Shown here: positions 25,701 through 47,000 of the stretch, piece after piece | Layout of the letters: every line of letters begins with the position of its first letter | How positions within the stretch are numbered: the first letter of the stretch is position 1 | Assembly: GCF_964355755.1 (NCBI RefSeq) | Contig: NC_092670.1 | Location: 40,536,388 to 40,600,387 of the forward strand | Origin: Antedon mediterranea | Lineage: Eukaryota > Animalia > Echinodermata | Reading direction: 5' to 3' | Length of the DNA: 64,000 nt | The notes under the pieces: model-generated | Told to the model about the DNA's origin: nothing | Seen by the model: the letters and a program-made list of their open reading frames with translations, nothing else | Database searches by the model: none | Position numbers and translations under genes: made by a program

Positions 25701-28700
25701 TGACAAGCGAAGTTATAGACAGTTAGCAATCACAAGCGAATAAGCCATCGCTTGTGATTGGTCAATTCACTTGCGTTGCGTTACGTCCTTGTGTTGCGTC
25801 TCTAGTGGGAACCACGCTTTAAGGTAACAAGAAGTAACATAATTATTCTAAGACTTTGTTTTCCGCTTAAACACCGCTCGTCGTGTAAATTAGTCTTTTG
25901 GGTTAACCCTACTACATTACATACAGGGTGATAGTGGAAAGAGAGAGGCCAATACGGTCTACGGATGGTGGTATGTTCCGGGGGTTGTGTTCATTAAAGT
26001 GCATCTTCTTTTCTTTATTTATCTAGGACTTTACCAAACTTAAATAACACATGTAATTCAAACTGCGCATGCTCAAATAGCGTTTACCAACCTGTTTGTG
26101 GACATGATGGTGTGACTTATACCAGTGCGTGTCGAGCAGGATGCGTAGACGTAGAAACGTGGAGAGATGACATGGGTGACCTGAAAGACATACAAATAAA
26201 CGATACGGTACTATATTTGTACTATATATTTGTTAACTTTGTATATTAAGTATCGCCCTTAGGAGTGGACGTTAAGCCAGAGAACCCAAGTGCAAAACAA
26301 TACACGTAACCCATATGGATTCCTTTTAGCGAAAAAGGACAATTCAGAAAACAGCTATTTTGGCACTCGTCACAGATCAGTGCACACAGCCACAAATATT
26401 CTGCTGAGCAGTGTACTGTTTAGACTATTCCATTCTCAAAATAGGTAAATTGTTTATAAGGTCAATTGAATTGATTTAAGATTCAAGAAATTTCAACCTC
26501 GGTTTCTTAAATAGTTATTACATTATGTTCAACTGCGGTTTTACGAAAATCTATTATCATCTCTTTGGTTTTAGTAATATTAAGTATTAAGTTCATATTC
26601 TCACACCAATTAACAAATGAACAAATTACAAATAAACAGGTAGGCCAGTTTCAATTCAAACTTTATAGAAACCACCACATAATATATATGTATAAAAAGG
26701 TCATATATATAGTCCAAATCACTGTTAAATAGTCCCTTAGATATATTAATTCTAACTTTACTAAGAAGAAACATAATTATTGCCTACTTATGTTCATTAT
26801 ATTTCCCTTTGATAAAATGGAATAACCCGCTACCAATCCAGCCTAGCCTAGCCTATGTTAGACAATGGCCGATGCGAAATTTGTTGTATACACTTAAAAG
26901 GGCTAGTAGCTTATAGACTATTTAGGTGGTATTATTGCGTATTTTCTCTAAAAAAATTACACAGAATTATTTTATATGACTTTAACTACAATATTGATTA
27001 ACAAATTGTAATGAAAATAAGAAGAATATACTCACATTTGGGTATCAAACACAGGCCAATAGTACACATAAGAGAATTTCGCGCGGAATTTCCCAAAAAT
27101 ATGCTGTTTAGTAATCAAATTTTCGCGGGTCTCACCATCATCCAATCAAAAAAATTTTTACATGGTTAGAAAGCCACTGTATAGGAGACTAAGATGTTAA
27201 AAGAACTAAGTTTTAAGAGGACGCTGTTCAAAGTTGTGGCAATTTCAAAACTATACATCAGCGAAAAACGCGAATTTCACACAGGAATCGGCTGTTTTTT
27301 GGCCGGGACAGGGTATGTTTAATGTAAATTCGCGATTTCCAGCTATCAAAAATTTATTTTTTAAATACATAGTCAGAAAGTACAATACCTTAGCTTCAAC
27401 ATAGTATGAGAACTAATGTATACTATGCGAGATAAAGATTTTACAAGTATAAATGTGAAAAAAAGTAGTTTCCTCCATGCACTTAGAATAGGAACAATAT
27501 CGTGCGGAAGACGTTTTTGGATTAGTGCACCAAAGGAATCCATATGCTGCAACAAATACGTAGGCCAATCAACATAGTTTGCGGCATGGAAAATTGAGTT
27601 GCTGCAGTAAAATTATTTTGACATGATCCCTTACTAAAATGAAAGTTACAAAATAATTTAATTTACCTGTTATGTATTTAATTTGTTAGGTCTATTTTGG
27701 GTGTAGCTGTATACCGAGTAATGTCTTGCCGACAGACGAACTATTTGAAGAAGGCGGGATAGCGACCGAGGGATCATGTGATTGGTCATGTGATAAACTA
27801 GTTCCGTTTATATTCTTCATAGCTGCCGTATCGATTTGTTCCACTTTGAAAACAAACCCGAATATGATGCTAAACTTGAGGTGATTACGATAAACAAATT
27901 GAAGATAATATAATGACCAAACTAAAAGAAATTAAACATACGATAAACTAAGTCTGTAACTGACTTGGTTCCCGTTAGAAACGCAATGCAACCACGTTAG
28001 CGTGCGACGCAAGCGAGTTGTCACAAGGGACTATTCGTATAATCCATCGTTTGTCATTGGTCAAATCACTTACGTCGGGCTTACTTCATGGCGTTAGTTA
28101 AAACTCTAATTGGAACCAACCAAGCATAAGTAAAATAAAGGATACATTTTGTTTTCTAGATGTGTTGACCAAAAGGATCGTGCCCTTGCTATCGCATGCT
28201 GTGGTGTTCTGGTTAGAGTGCTAGGTAAGTTTCCCCGATATGTTCTCATCGCATTCGTTCTTCGGACAATTCGTCTTTCGTTTGGAAAGAACTCTTTTTT
28301 GTTAAACATTAACACACTCTCGATTATTTTTAAGTATTAGTTTCTTATCTAAAAGGCAACAGAATGCTGAGCTCCGGAGATCAAAGAATTTATCTGTGGC
28401 TGCCACACTTTTTGACTGATTTTCGATCGGCCAGTTGGCTTCCTCAAATGTTTGGTTAACAGACACCGCGACGCGAAAACATATATACATAGAGTACCAG
28501 GACTGTTTGTCGCAGTCAGACATAGATCAAAGGACTGTTACGATTTCCTATATCTAAAATATGAATGTTTTTTATAGGTTTCTTTCCATCGCCTATCTAC
28601 TTCGGGGCTGCCATTTCAAGTACGTGTTTATTACGTCAAGAGTCGTGTAGCCGTCAGGGTGCATGCCTTATCTACGATCTTGAACGATATCGGTACACGT

Positions 28701-29163
28701 TTGTTGGACTGTTTGTTGGCTTGAAACTGCTTGCCGCGATTCTATCAACGTGTACTTATTTTAGCATCGATCCGGACCGTTTGAAGGTATTAAATCATAT
28801 TTTATTGTTTGTATTTATTTGTTAAAAATGTATTTTTACTATTTAAATAAATCTTGCATATTAAATCACGCAGCATCTTCATCGTTACGAGTTACCACAA
28901 CCATCATGTTGATTATTACGAAACTAAGTTGGTGTGGTGCGGTACGGTCAAATCATCGACTAAAGAATAGATTATTCTTTAGTCCATGTTAAAATTCACA
29001 AATTCGAATCAATTCAAAAATAATAATGATCCAAAAGAGAGACGTTAACAGTTTTTTTTTATCAAAAAGCCTAAAATAATTTTAAGGTATTTTTTTTTTT
29101 CTTTCACAGAGGAAATCAGAAAGGAATGAAATGGAACTGTCGAAGATCAACAGCAAACAATAA
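22708..29163 (+). CDS. SLCO/OATP organic anion transporter (copy 3), intact, about 701 aa, 9 coding exons
   Basis: Exons 22708-23389, 23767-24114, 24535-24699, 25119-25329, 26027-26207, 27690-27880, 28160-28224, 28578-28786, 29110-29163 (2106 nt, phases identical to copy 2). [12 protein letters not shown] signature, Kazal-like exon, [10 protein letters not shown]. Possible 5'UTR exon donor at 21086. Confidence 0.92.
24275..24455 (-). mobile_element. Diverged tRNA-SINE copy related to 45505-45812
   Basis: Shares gttctttaaagtgcacac, agtccttat..gagaagac and ttaccaccaga motifs. Confidence 0.7.
24843..25105. repeat. 20-bp minisatellite, about 13 copies, abutting a splice acceptor
   Basis: Unit aagcagtaataaagcaactt. 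Confidence 0.95.
25634..25819. mobile_element. MITE family B, best-preserved copy
   Basis: aagcttggttcccactagaacgtaacgcaaggacgtaa...ttacgtccttgtgttgcgtctctagtgggaaccacgctt. Other copies at about 17005-17125, 21330-21446 and 27963-28115. Confidence 0.85.
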
Positions 29164-30254
29164 ACACCAACACATTTGGCTGCTTGGTTCGGTTAATGCG
29201 TCGCCGATGCGTTGCCGATTCGTTGCGTTGCGTCGCTAACATACTCAAAATAATTCTTAGGTGATTTCAAATCAGTTTTCAGTGACCATTACAAACCTAT
29301 TGTCTTGATTAAGAGGGTAAACTAATAGGCATAATTATTGTCATAAATATCATATTCTTTTCATTCAAATTAAATTAGTTTTTTTGCAAAAGCTTTAAAA
29401 TGAATTTTGAAAAAACTAAAGAGTTAGGGGGTAAATAATATAAAATAAATGTACATTCACTGCACTATTTTATCCAGGTTGTTAAAAGGACGAAAAGAAG
29501 AAATTGTGTTAAGTTATTATATGAATAATTTCCGGTAATAAATGTTAATTTTCTAAAAAAACGTACACGGAATTGTAAGGCTGTAGATTCTTTGAATAGG
29601 TAAACACGTGAGGGGCGGGACGCGATATTTCTTTTCGTACATAAGTTGAGGACCTCTCAGGATAAATAAACATGTACAGTATATTCATTAGTCATATCCA
29701 TAAGGCGTGACGTAAGAATCGTGGGATGGACGGTGTCATTCCAGTCAATTTACTTTTTGTATTAATTGTTCTTTTTATCAGGGAGGATTAAAATTGTCCT
29801 GATCCTTGATTTTATGCAATTTCTTTTATAAAAAAACCCCCTGCAGAATAGACAGTTCGCATCAACCGTCAACTACTGTCAGAACGCTACCGGGCCCGTT
29901 GTTGACGCGTTGTGACGTAAGCAAGTCGATTGGCCGCTGGTTCAAAGGGACGAATAACTGCAGGCATTAAACGTAATTACATTTCTGACTCTGTAATAAT
30001 ATTATAACTTTTAATGTTACATTTGTACAATTTATTTAACAACCAACACTGCTCTTCACATATATATAAAACTAATGCTTTATATATACACGAGGGTGAA
30101 ACAATTGCTTTATATTTTGCGTAATTGTAATATATCCCATTCTATCCAGTATCATCATTGACACGCGCGCGTACACAAATGGATGTGCTCTATTAATGAT
30201 ATACTATATCATATAACTCTATGATTTGATTTTCGGCAACATATTTGTGGTTTA

Positions 30255-30385
30255 AAGCTCTGTCTACACACAAACTAGTTTGAAGTGCGACTGTGCCAAA
30301 ATATGGTAGTGATATGACATCACCATGTCCATATATGGGCACATATTTTTTTGTCACATAAAGTTTGATAGTGTTAACATAGCTT
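30255..30385. mobile_element. MITE family A copy
   Basis: aagctctgtctacac...agtttgatagtgttaacatagctt. Confidence 0.8.
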
Positions 30386-30747
30386 TAGACCGTTTGAATG
30401 CAGATATTTTCAGTTTATTTTAATTACGCAACCTATTTATATTTGATCACAGAGAAGTGTTCTTTTCTCCTTTCATTTACTTGTTTCCACTCTAGCGCAG
30501 AGTCACCAGTCATTTGGTATAAAACTTTAAAAATAGTAATTATATAAACATATTTTAAGTTGGTACTGTACACAGATTTGTAAATATAATGAACACATTG
30601 GGTAGTTTTCTACATGCCTAATGGCCTCTTTACATATTTCAAGTAATTTAAGACAATTTGGTAGGAAATATATCCCTCACTATTAAACAAAATTAATTAT
30701 AATGAAATAAAATAAACTAATATAAGCCATAAAATAGTCCAGTTTTA

Positions 30748-30878
30748 AAGCTTGGTTTCCACTAGGGCGCAACGCAAGGACGTCAGCGCAACACAAGTGA
30801 GTTGACCAATCACAAAGTTTGTGATTGGTCAAATTACTTGCACTTACATCCTTGCGTTGAGTCCTAGTGGGAACCAAA
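30748..30878. mobile_element. MITE family B copy
   Basis: aagcttggtttccactagggcgcaacgcaaggacg...tccttgcgttgagtcctagtgggaaccaa. Confidence 0.8.
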
Positions 30879-31661
30879 CTAAACCGGGGCGTTTTTTTAA
30901 GTTAGTTATGACACGCTATGTGTGTTAAATGTTTTTCTTTTTTCCAATATTAAGCCGAATCGCCGAGTTCAGACTAGACTATGGTCAGCCTCCACATTTG
31001 TTGTTAGTTAACCTATGTATTTTAGTATCATCTCTTACATATTACAGTATAAATAATATATTTATATATAAGCAACAAGTTCCCATTATTCAAGTGGAAG
31101 TATCTGGTTACTTCACAATAAAGACTATTATAGCAATAAAAAAAGATAAAGGTTTGCGATACTTGCTCTTATTTTTGGAGATTTACTCATTTTGAATAAC
31201 CTAATCACCAATTTGAAAAGAATAAATGGCCGTTTTCTTTCCCATTATATTCACAACTACCAAATTTCAGAAATTATTGAATGCATGTTTGGTTGTATAT
31301 ATCAGGGATGTGTGCGCTGTCCATTACTTTCATGTTATTGTTTCATGGCATCATTATCCAAAGTACCAATAAATAATATTGGTTCATTTTGCATATTAAA
31401 ACAATTGTTTTGTTAGATCACAGTATATGTATATATAAAGTATATTCAAGTGAAGAAAACGCGAACAAATTTCCATCAATTCTGAAAATATACTTAAATA
31501 ATACCATCAGTAAATCCCAGCACATGAAAATCATAACATGACATAATGTTTGTATCTGGAGTAAGGAAATGAATATTCAATGATTTATGAATATTCACTG
31601 TCAACTAATAGGTATGTTCCTCAGTAGTTTCTATTCTTAAGTTAATAAATATTCAAAGACA

Positions 31662-31975
31662 TATGAATATTCATTGTCAAAGACTTATGATATTCATTGT
31701 CAAAGACTTATGAATATTCATTGTCAAAGACTTATGAATATTCATTGTCAAAGACTTATGAATATTCATTGTCAAAGACTTATGAATATTCATGTCAAAG
31801 ACTTATGAATATTCATGTCAAAGACTTATGAATATTCATGTCAAAGACTTATGAATATTCATTGTCAAAGACTTATGAATATTCATTGTCAAAGACTTAT
31901 GAATATTCATGTCAAAGACTTATGAATATTCATGTCAAAGACTTATGAATATTCATGTCAAAGACTTATGAATGT
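31662..31975. repeat. 23-24-bp minisatellite, about 13 copies, just downstream of the STK3/4 stop (probable 3'UTR)
   Basis: Unit tatgaatattca(t)tgtcaaagact. Confidence 0.95.
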
Positions 31976-32219
31976 TCAACTTCATTAGTCACTCAGTAGT
32001 TTCTATTCTGAATAAATATTTAAAGCCTCATAAATATTCATTATTAAAGCCTTATGAATATTCATTATCAACTTTTCTGAGCAGTTTCTATTTTCCATAA
32101 AAATATTTTCTAGATTGAACTTCCTCAGACACTTGATAAATATGCAAATTCATAAATATTCAAATTAATATTCATATAATTTGAATCTTAAAAGCTGTGC
32201 TAAATACTTAACAAAAATA

Positions 32220-39940
<7,721 letters not shown>

Positions 39941-42900
39941 CTTGTTAATATAAAAATACTGTAATTCTACTGATGAAAATAAATTTAGTTCACTTTTTGC
40001 ACATTAGTACTAATCACAACTATAAAGATAAAAAAAAACACAAAACTGAGTGAAAAAACTGTAAAATATATACATTTGCATCAGGCATACCAATGGTTTA
40101 CTGTACTGTGCTTAAAAATTTTTTAATTGTGCCTGTGTTCGGACATGTATTAAAAACATAATTATTATAGTACAGTTTTTTAACACTTTTTTCCGATATT
40201 TCATTAATCCATTCCTCAGGTACTGTATGGTTTTCAAAGAAATTCTGTACTAAAGTACTACAGTACAGTATATTAGTATAAATAATGTTAAAATACCAAT
40301 CCATACTCTCAGTAATTCAATAGTCAACAGTATACTGTATATCATTTAGTGTGTCAGTGGATCCTGTGTTTGTCAATATACTGTATATCATTTACAGTGT
40401 GTCAGTGGATCCTTTGGTCTGTTACTGTAGTTACTAATATACAGAAGAAAAGCTTGATCACATTCCTAGATGCAAGGTGGCCTACTAAGTACACTTGACC
40501 TTAAAACATAGCAGCAATCCTATTTTCCGCATGAGTTTCTTTATTTGCCTCAAATGAATACATAATGCAGATTACAAACACACATAAATACACACACACA
40601 ATAAAAGAGCTTTGTTTCACTACCAATTGGCACTAATTAAAAAAAAAACAAACAGATTGTGCGATATAAAATTACAATTTTAGTCCTCCTCAAGTTTCTA
40701 TGACATCATCAAGTACAGTTGGCATTATAGAACTGTACATTAAAACAATTCTGTAGTTTGTAAATATTGAGTTTAGCATTTCTAGCCTAAAGGTTTTGAG
40801 ATGAAATTAGAGGATTTGGGAAGGGATTTCATCTATAATGTTTTCCACTTTTCTTTCCTCAGGTAGCAAATATCACAAAAATGATTTGTATTCATTACTG
40901 TCCATTAAAAACTGAGAGCTTAAAGTAGAGGATTGAAATGTTGTATTACTGTACTGAACATACACATTAATACATTTTAAACCTAACAACAAAAAGTACA
41001 GTAAATGTAATGTTAGCTCAGAAGCATGTCATTTAGAAAAAAAAACAATACTTTCAAAACTTTCCAGATACCACTAAAACTGGCTGTGGATAATCAGGTA
41101 TTCCATTTACTCCAACATGTTTTTTTTTGCCTTACAAGTAGCACTGTTCAAAACATTGTCTCTTTCAACTTATCATGATCCAAGTAAACTGCTGAATTTC
41201 ATTTAACATAATACAAGATATACACGTACTGTAGCATCAATTGAAGCTTTTTACAAGAACTAATTGTTAGTAAGTTACCATAAATTGTTTATGTAACAGT
41301 TGCAGTGTACCATCAAGTATACACAAATAATGCAGGTAGCATAGAATACAAAACTACTGTAGAAACAAAACATTAAAGCAAAAAAAAAAATGTGTCAAAT
41401 AAAATAATACTTACTGTATTGTATAGCAAAACGCAATAAAAATTGTATAGCAGAAAATAACAATTGTATAGCAGAAAATAACAATTAAAAAAAAAATTGT
41501 TATTTTATTGAAAAAAGATATAAATAGCATACAACAGCTGTATTTCTCTACTATACTACTTACATTTTTGGGTTCATGATTTGCATCATCGTAGCAGGAC
41601 AGACATTCTAATGTAATGACATCTGCATGCACATAAATCCTCATAAAAAAAAACCCAATCAATTCTTGCTATTTAATTCAATATATATAGATGGATCGCC
41701 TTATAGACAGTATCTGAAAATAAAAAATATGATTTAAAAATGAATAAGTAAATACATTACAGTAACACAAGTAGATATTGATTGACATTTTTAAGTGTTT
41801 TTCAACTACTGTACATACTGAAACACTCAGCACTGTGTATTCAATTCTTAATGCATTAAATATATAATATATAGGCCAAGCAAGAGCCTAACATTTTTTT
41901 GTCAATAATGATTGATGTATTTAGATAGAGAGGCCTGTTTACTGCATATTTTATTATTAAAATACTAGCCTAGGCCTAGTACTAGCTAGGCCTATGTTTA
42001 TGAATTTCTAGTTTTAGCTAGCTACAGGACACACGTGACTATATGATGTACAGTAAATAGACCATGGAGGTATCATCCCTAGCTAAACGTAGGCCTAAAT
42101 AAATAATTTCTACCTGTAGCAGTTGAGCGTGTACCACCTCTCACTCATCAAGCAGTCGTTAGCACACGACGGGCCTAGCATTTTTAATCAAAGTTTACTG
42201 TCTAAAAACTATAATAACAGTAAAACTAGTAAAATTTAATAATAATATAATAATTACTAAATAATATAAGCTTACATTTTTTATGATCCTGATACGTTAA
42301 CACTTTGTAAAATTACATAAAAAATACCATATTTAACAACCTACAGCTTCCGGATTATCGTAATTCATCAATTGCCAGGATGTCAATATTTATTTAGCCA
42401 AATTTTCGTTGCAAAGTTAAAACAGAGAGGGCGATGTTTCCTTTTTATGTACATGACAACGGCGACATGAACTCATGCAATTTCTTTCTTTTCATTTAAA
42501 AGTTATATTCTTTCCGAAACAGAAGTGGATTTCGCGTTTGTTTTTTTTTTTAAACTAAAAAATAATCATTTTTCGAACAGAGACCGATTCTTGAAAAGTC
42601 TTTTTTTCATCAATAAACAAACATAAGTCTCAACACAATGCTTTAAAAAGTTTATAATATTTTATTAAAATGCATAATTGTTTATTTTACTACTCTACTC
42701 AAGGTATAAAGTGAAGTGTATCTTTTATATAAATATATTGCACATCTTCTGATGAGAAAGAACAATTTACATGAAGAAATTTAACATGAAATATCGTAAA
42801 AATGAAAATATACTTTTTGAAACAAAAAACAAGGCATCATAATTTGTATTAATTGGTCAACAATTTCATGGGAAACTTTAGTTGGAAGAATGATGATTAA

Positions 42901-43247
42901 ATACAAATAATGGATATATTTTTTAAAGTAATCTACAAATATATATTTTCATTTTATTTAGCTTTTCTCCTTGTGTCTACATTCCATTCACATTAGACTA
43001 ACAGAATTTAAACATGATTTTTAGTATTTAATACCGATTAATTATAAAATGTTATGAAAATGATGGTATATTAATTATAAAATGATGGTATATTATATCT
43101 TTATTTGAATACCATTATTATATTCCTATAAATCTTTCACATTTGAACTGTTGGTTGATTAATAACATTTATGATTTCTGTATTTAATTTGTATTTGTCT
43201 TCTCAGATCCAATCAGATAAACTGTAAAAGAATAGAATATATCCAAA

Positions 43248-43692
43248 AATGTCAAGTAATGTAGCTTGGTGGATACCTGTTCTTGATTAATGTCAAGTAA
43301 TGTAGCTTGGTGGATACCTGTTCTTGATTAATGTCAAGTAATGTAGCTTGGTGGATACCTGTTCTTGATTAATGTCAAGTAATGTAGCTTGGTGGATACC
43401 TGTTCTTGATTAATGTCAAGTAATGTAGCTTGGTGGATACCTGTTCTTGATTAATGTCAAGTAATGTAGCTTGGTGGATACCTGTTCTTGATTAATGTCA
43501 AGTAATGTAGCTTGGTGGATACCTGTTCTTGATTAATGTCAAGTAATGTAGCTTGGTGGATACCTGTTCTTGATTAATGTCAAGTAATGTAGCTTGGTGG
43601 ATACCTGTTCTTGATTAATGTCAAGTAATGTAGCTTGGTGGATACCTGTTCTTGATTAATGTCAAGTAATGTAGCTTGGTGGATACCTGTTC
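43248..43692. repeat. 41-bp minisatellite, about 11 near-identical copies
   Basis: Unit aatgtcaagtaatgtagcttggtggatacctgttcttgatt. Confidence 0.97.
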
Positions 43693-44037
43693 TAAAATTC
43701 TGGTTCAACAGTGCGGACACTGTAAAACTTCCTTTATATGTCAGTTAAAAATCAAGCATAAATTGATTGTTGACTGTGATGACACTCAATGAGCCAAGGA
43801 AGTCCAAGCAGGTGCGGACAGGCCTTTCTTTCTGAAATGCCCTCTTCAAGCTAGAGAATGTGATGAATAGGAGTCGAGACATGCTCTTTTTTTACCATTT
43901 TGTGCAAAAACAGCTTGCGTACCTACTGTACTGTACTTAAAATATATACTTGCTGAATGGAGGCTGATTGGCATGTGTCTATTTCCTCTCAAACGTACCA
44001 TACTTACTGTCTTATTTAAATACGGTGTCACCTCGCT

Positions 44038-47000
44038 CTACAGCTCCTTACTAACCCCATGCACGTATCTATTTGTATGGCTGGATAATTTTGATTGGTG
44101 TCCATTAAACACAGAGTATTTTTTATTTAAAACATCTTTGTCTTCTTGTAAATAACCGCTGCTACCAACTGAGTTTGTCGTCCACACTGAGTTCCTACTC
44201 TCATCTTCCAAACGGGAACTTAAGTTATTGTTGTAAGCCGACTTATCTTTGAGTGATTTAATACTTTTAGTTTTGATTCCCGCTTCTTGGCATTCAAAAC
44301 AACTACATACATCACCACCAGAAGCCACACGTAGCCCTTTTGAGCAACCTATGAACGAGTTTGGCCTTAACACTCTTTCTGAAAGATCAGAAGAGCTGTT
44401 GTAATGTTTACCTCTACTGCTTATTACAGTGGAAAGGTCAGAGTTCATATTCTCTATTGGAACCTGCTGATTGAGAAGAACATTATGCACTTTGATTGAA
44501 TCGCTTTTATCAGACACGTTTGTTGAAAGTTTTGTAGCGTTTTGTACTGCAGCAGGAGGACCTCTCAAAATACCAGGACCAGCATGCGTGTAAGACTGTC
44601 TTATTAAAACAGGACCGGCTGGCGGTACATCAAACTGCGGTTTGTCTACCAGTTTGAACGGCGTTTCGTCAGTTCGTATTTGGATTTCTCGTGTTAAAGC
44701 GACAAGACGTGCATATTCTTCTTCTTTTGTCAATCCTTTCATATTACCATTACTACTGGCAGTTAGTACATTCTCCATTCGCTTTAAAGAAAATATTTAA
44801 CAGTTAACAGAAATACAGTGCAATTAGTGGTGCAAGGATATTACCATATGACGCAATATTTTTAGATTGAATTTTAGACTTTTTGGTAGGTTTTGGATAC
44901 AAATAATGATTGAAGTACAATACAACGTCAACAAATATATAAAAATTGTAAAATTTAAGTGATTACATTACAAACACTAAAATTGTGAAAAAAAATAAAA
45001 ACCAACAACCATTGTTTTAAATAACCAGACAGATAATCTTTTTTTAAGAGTGACCACCCAGATCCAGTACCCATGAATCCCCACTAATGATATTTATATC
45101 AATCAAGATATTATAATTAATCTACACCTTTGCAGAGCGTTCACCGATCCGTTCATCTGTAAACATCGGAATGCCACCATTGCTTCGTCCAATGTAGCGG
45201 TTCACAAATGCCGGATATTTTGGTTTTAAGAAGCCATTTGATGTTCTCACAGAATTTGAATTCTGTTTGGTTGACTAAAAAAAATGTTAAATAATATAAG
45301 TTCGTAAGTTTTAAACGACCAATCTGGTTAAAAATGTGGTTTATTTAAGTGATACATTAAAAAATTATATTTGTGAAATCAAATGTAAACATACAAGTGG
45401 ATATTATAACAATGTACAATTAAAGCCTCAAAAGATTTGTTAATTTAATTTTGTTAATAAAATATTGTTGGTTAAATTTACCATTTTTTGTCTTATAAGC
45501 AAACTTTGTTTGTTTTATCTTTATACTGGGTGACCTCTTCAGTCAAAGACTGATCTCCCAGAGGGCCCAGTTGGTGATCAGTGGCTGTGATGTACTAATA
45601 CACTGGGGTAACCCCCTACTCGTCTCGAAAGATGTACTATGTTCTTTAAAGTGCACACGAGCTAGTTGTGTACACTGGACCTACGGTTTATAGTCCTTAT
45701 CCGAGAAGACTCGTTCTACCACCAGAGCCATGGAGTGAGTGAGCCTCGAACCCCTGCCGATGTTATGGCTACGTGATTACGGTTCCACTGTCTTAACCGC
45801 TCGGCCACTCACTTATCATCAAATAATCATATTATTTTTGGAAGGGGTTAAACAACAGTGATAGTGTACATTTAGTCATTTACAAAATATGTGAAAATGT
45901 TAACATTGTATTGAATTTCTAATTTACAACATAACAACATAATAATACATAAGAAACATAATACATAATACACAAGACTGATTTTAGTTGATTACATTAT
46001 TGAAATCGTGAATGGTTATTTCCAGTCTGACTCCAATTAAAGAAATGTATTTGGAATTAAGAATCAAACTTTGTCAATGATTTTGCTTAGATAATTTATC
46101 AACATTTGTTTTTGTTTTAACTCTTGGATGCCCAAGTCCATTTCAGAACTAATTTTTTATAAATAAAGACTTACATTTTTCATTTAAGCACTTTTTAACT
46201 ATCTAAAAGTCTGGTCTATAATTAGACTGAGCTTACTATATTTCAAAGAGGGGTGTTTAATTGGAGTCATACCAAGAGGGGTGTTTAATTGGAGTCGGAC
46301 CAAGAGGGGTGTTTAATTGGAGTCGGACCAAGAGGGGTGTTTAATTGGAGTCGGACCTTACAATTTTAATCTGAAATGAATAAGGAATGTGTACAAATTA
46401 AGCCAATGGACACACATGCTGGTGAATCTGAAATGAAAAGTTTTGATTTAAAAATATACAGGTTTGATCTTCATTCAAGCACTAGATATCTTTATTGTAT
46501 AGATTACTATGAAAAGTAATAATAATGGTATTGTAGTTAGTCAGCATGCTTAATATTCAAGGAGAATGGGTTCAATTCTGGTCTTCTGTCAGGAATTTCT
46601 GATGACAGAGTTCTTGTCAAAAAATCGATACTAAATTTTTAAAAATACATAAATATATATTTTGTATACTTCCATAAACATCTGGTAGAAGCAAGAAAAA
46701 TGGATCATCATGCAATTATTTTTTTAATATAAAAATAATAAATTATATGAAGTCACAAATGTTTGCAACTAATTTGTTTTGAATAAGTTTATTTTTAATG
46801 CAAGCAATTAACAATGGACATGAATGAATTTTCAAGCAATACATTGTATGTTTATGTATACATGATGGAACTGAGAGTTTTCATAATGCTGCAAATGAAC
46901 AAGTTAAAATTTACCCCAAAACAGTGAAATTGAGCAACTGGAGGACACCTAGTTATTTCGGAAACTTTCTGAAATATTAATATATCATAATAAAATGCTA

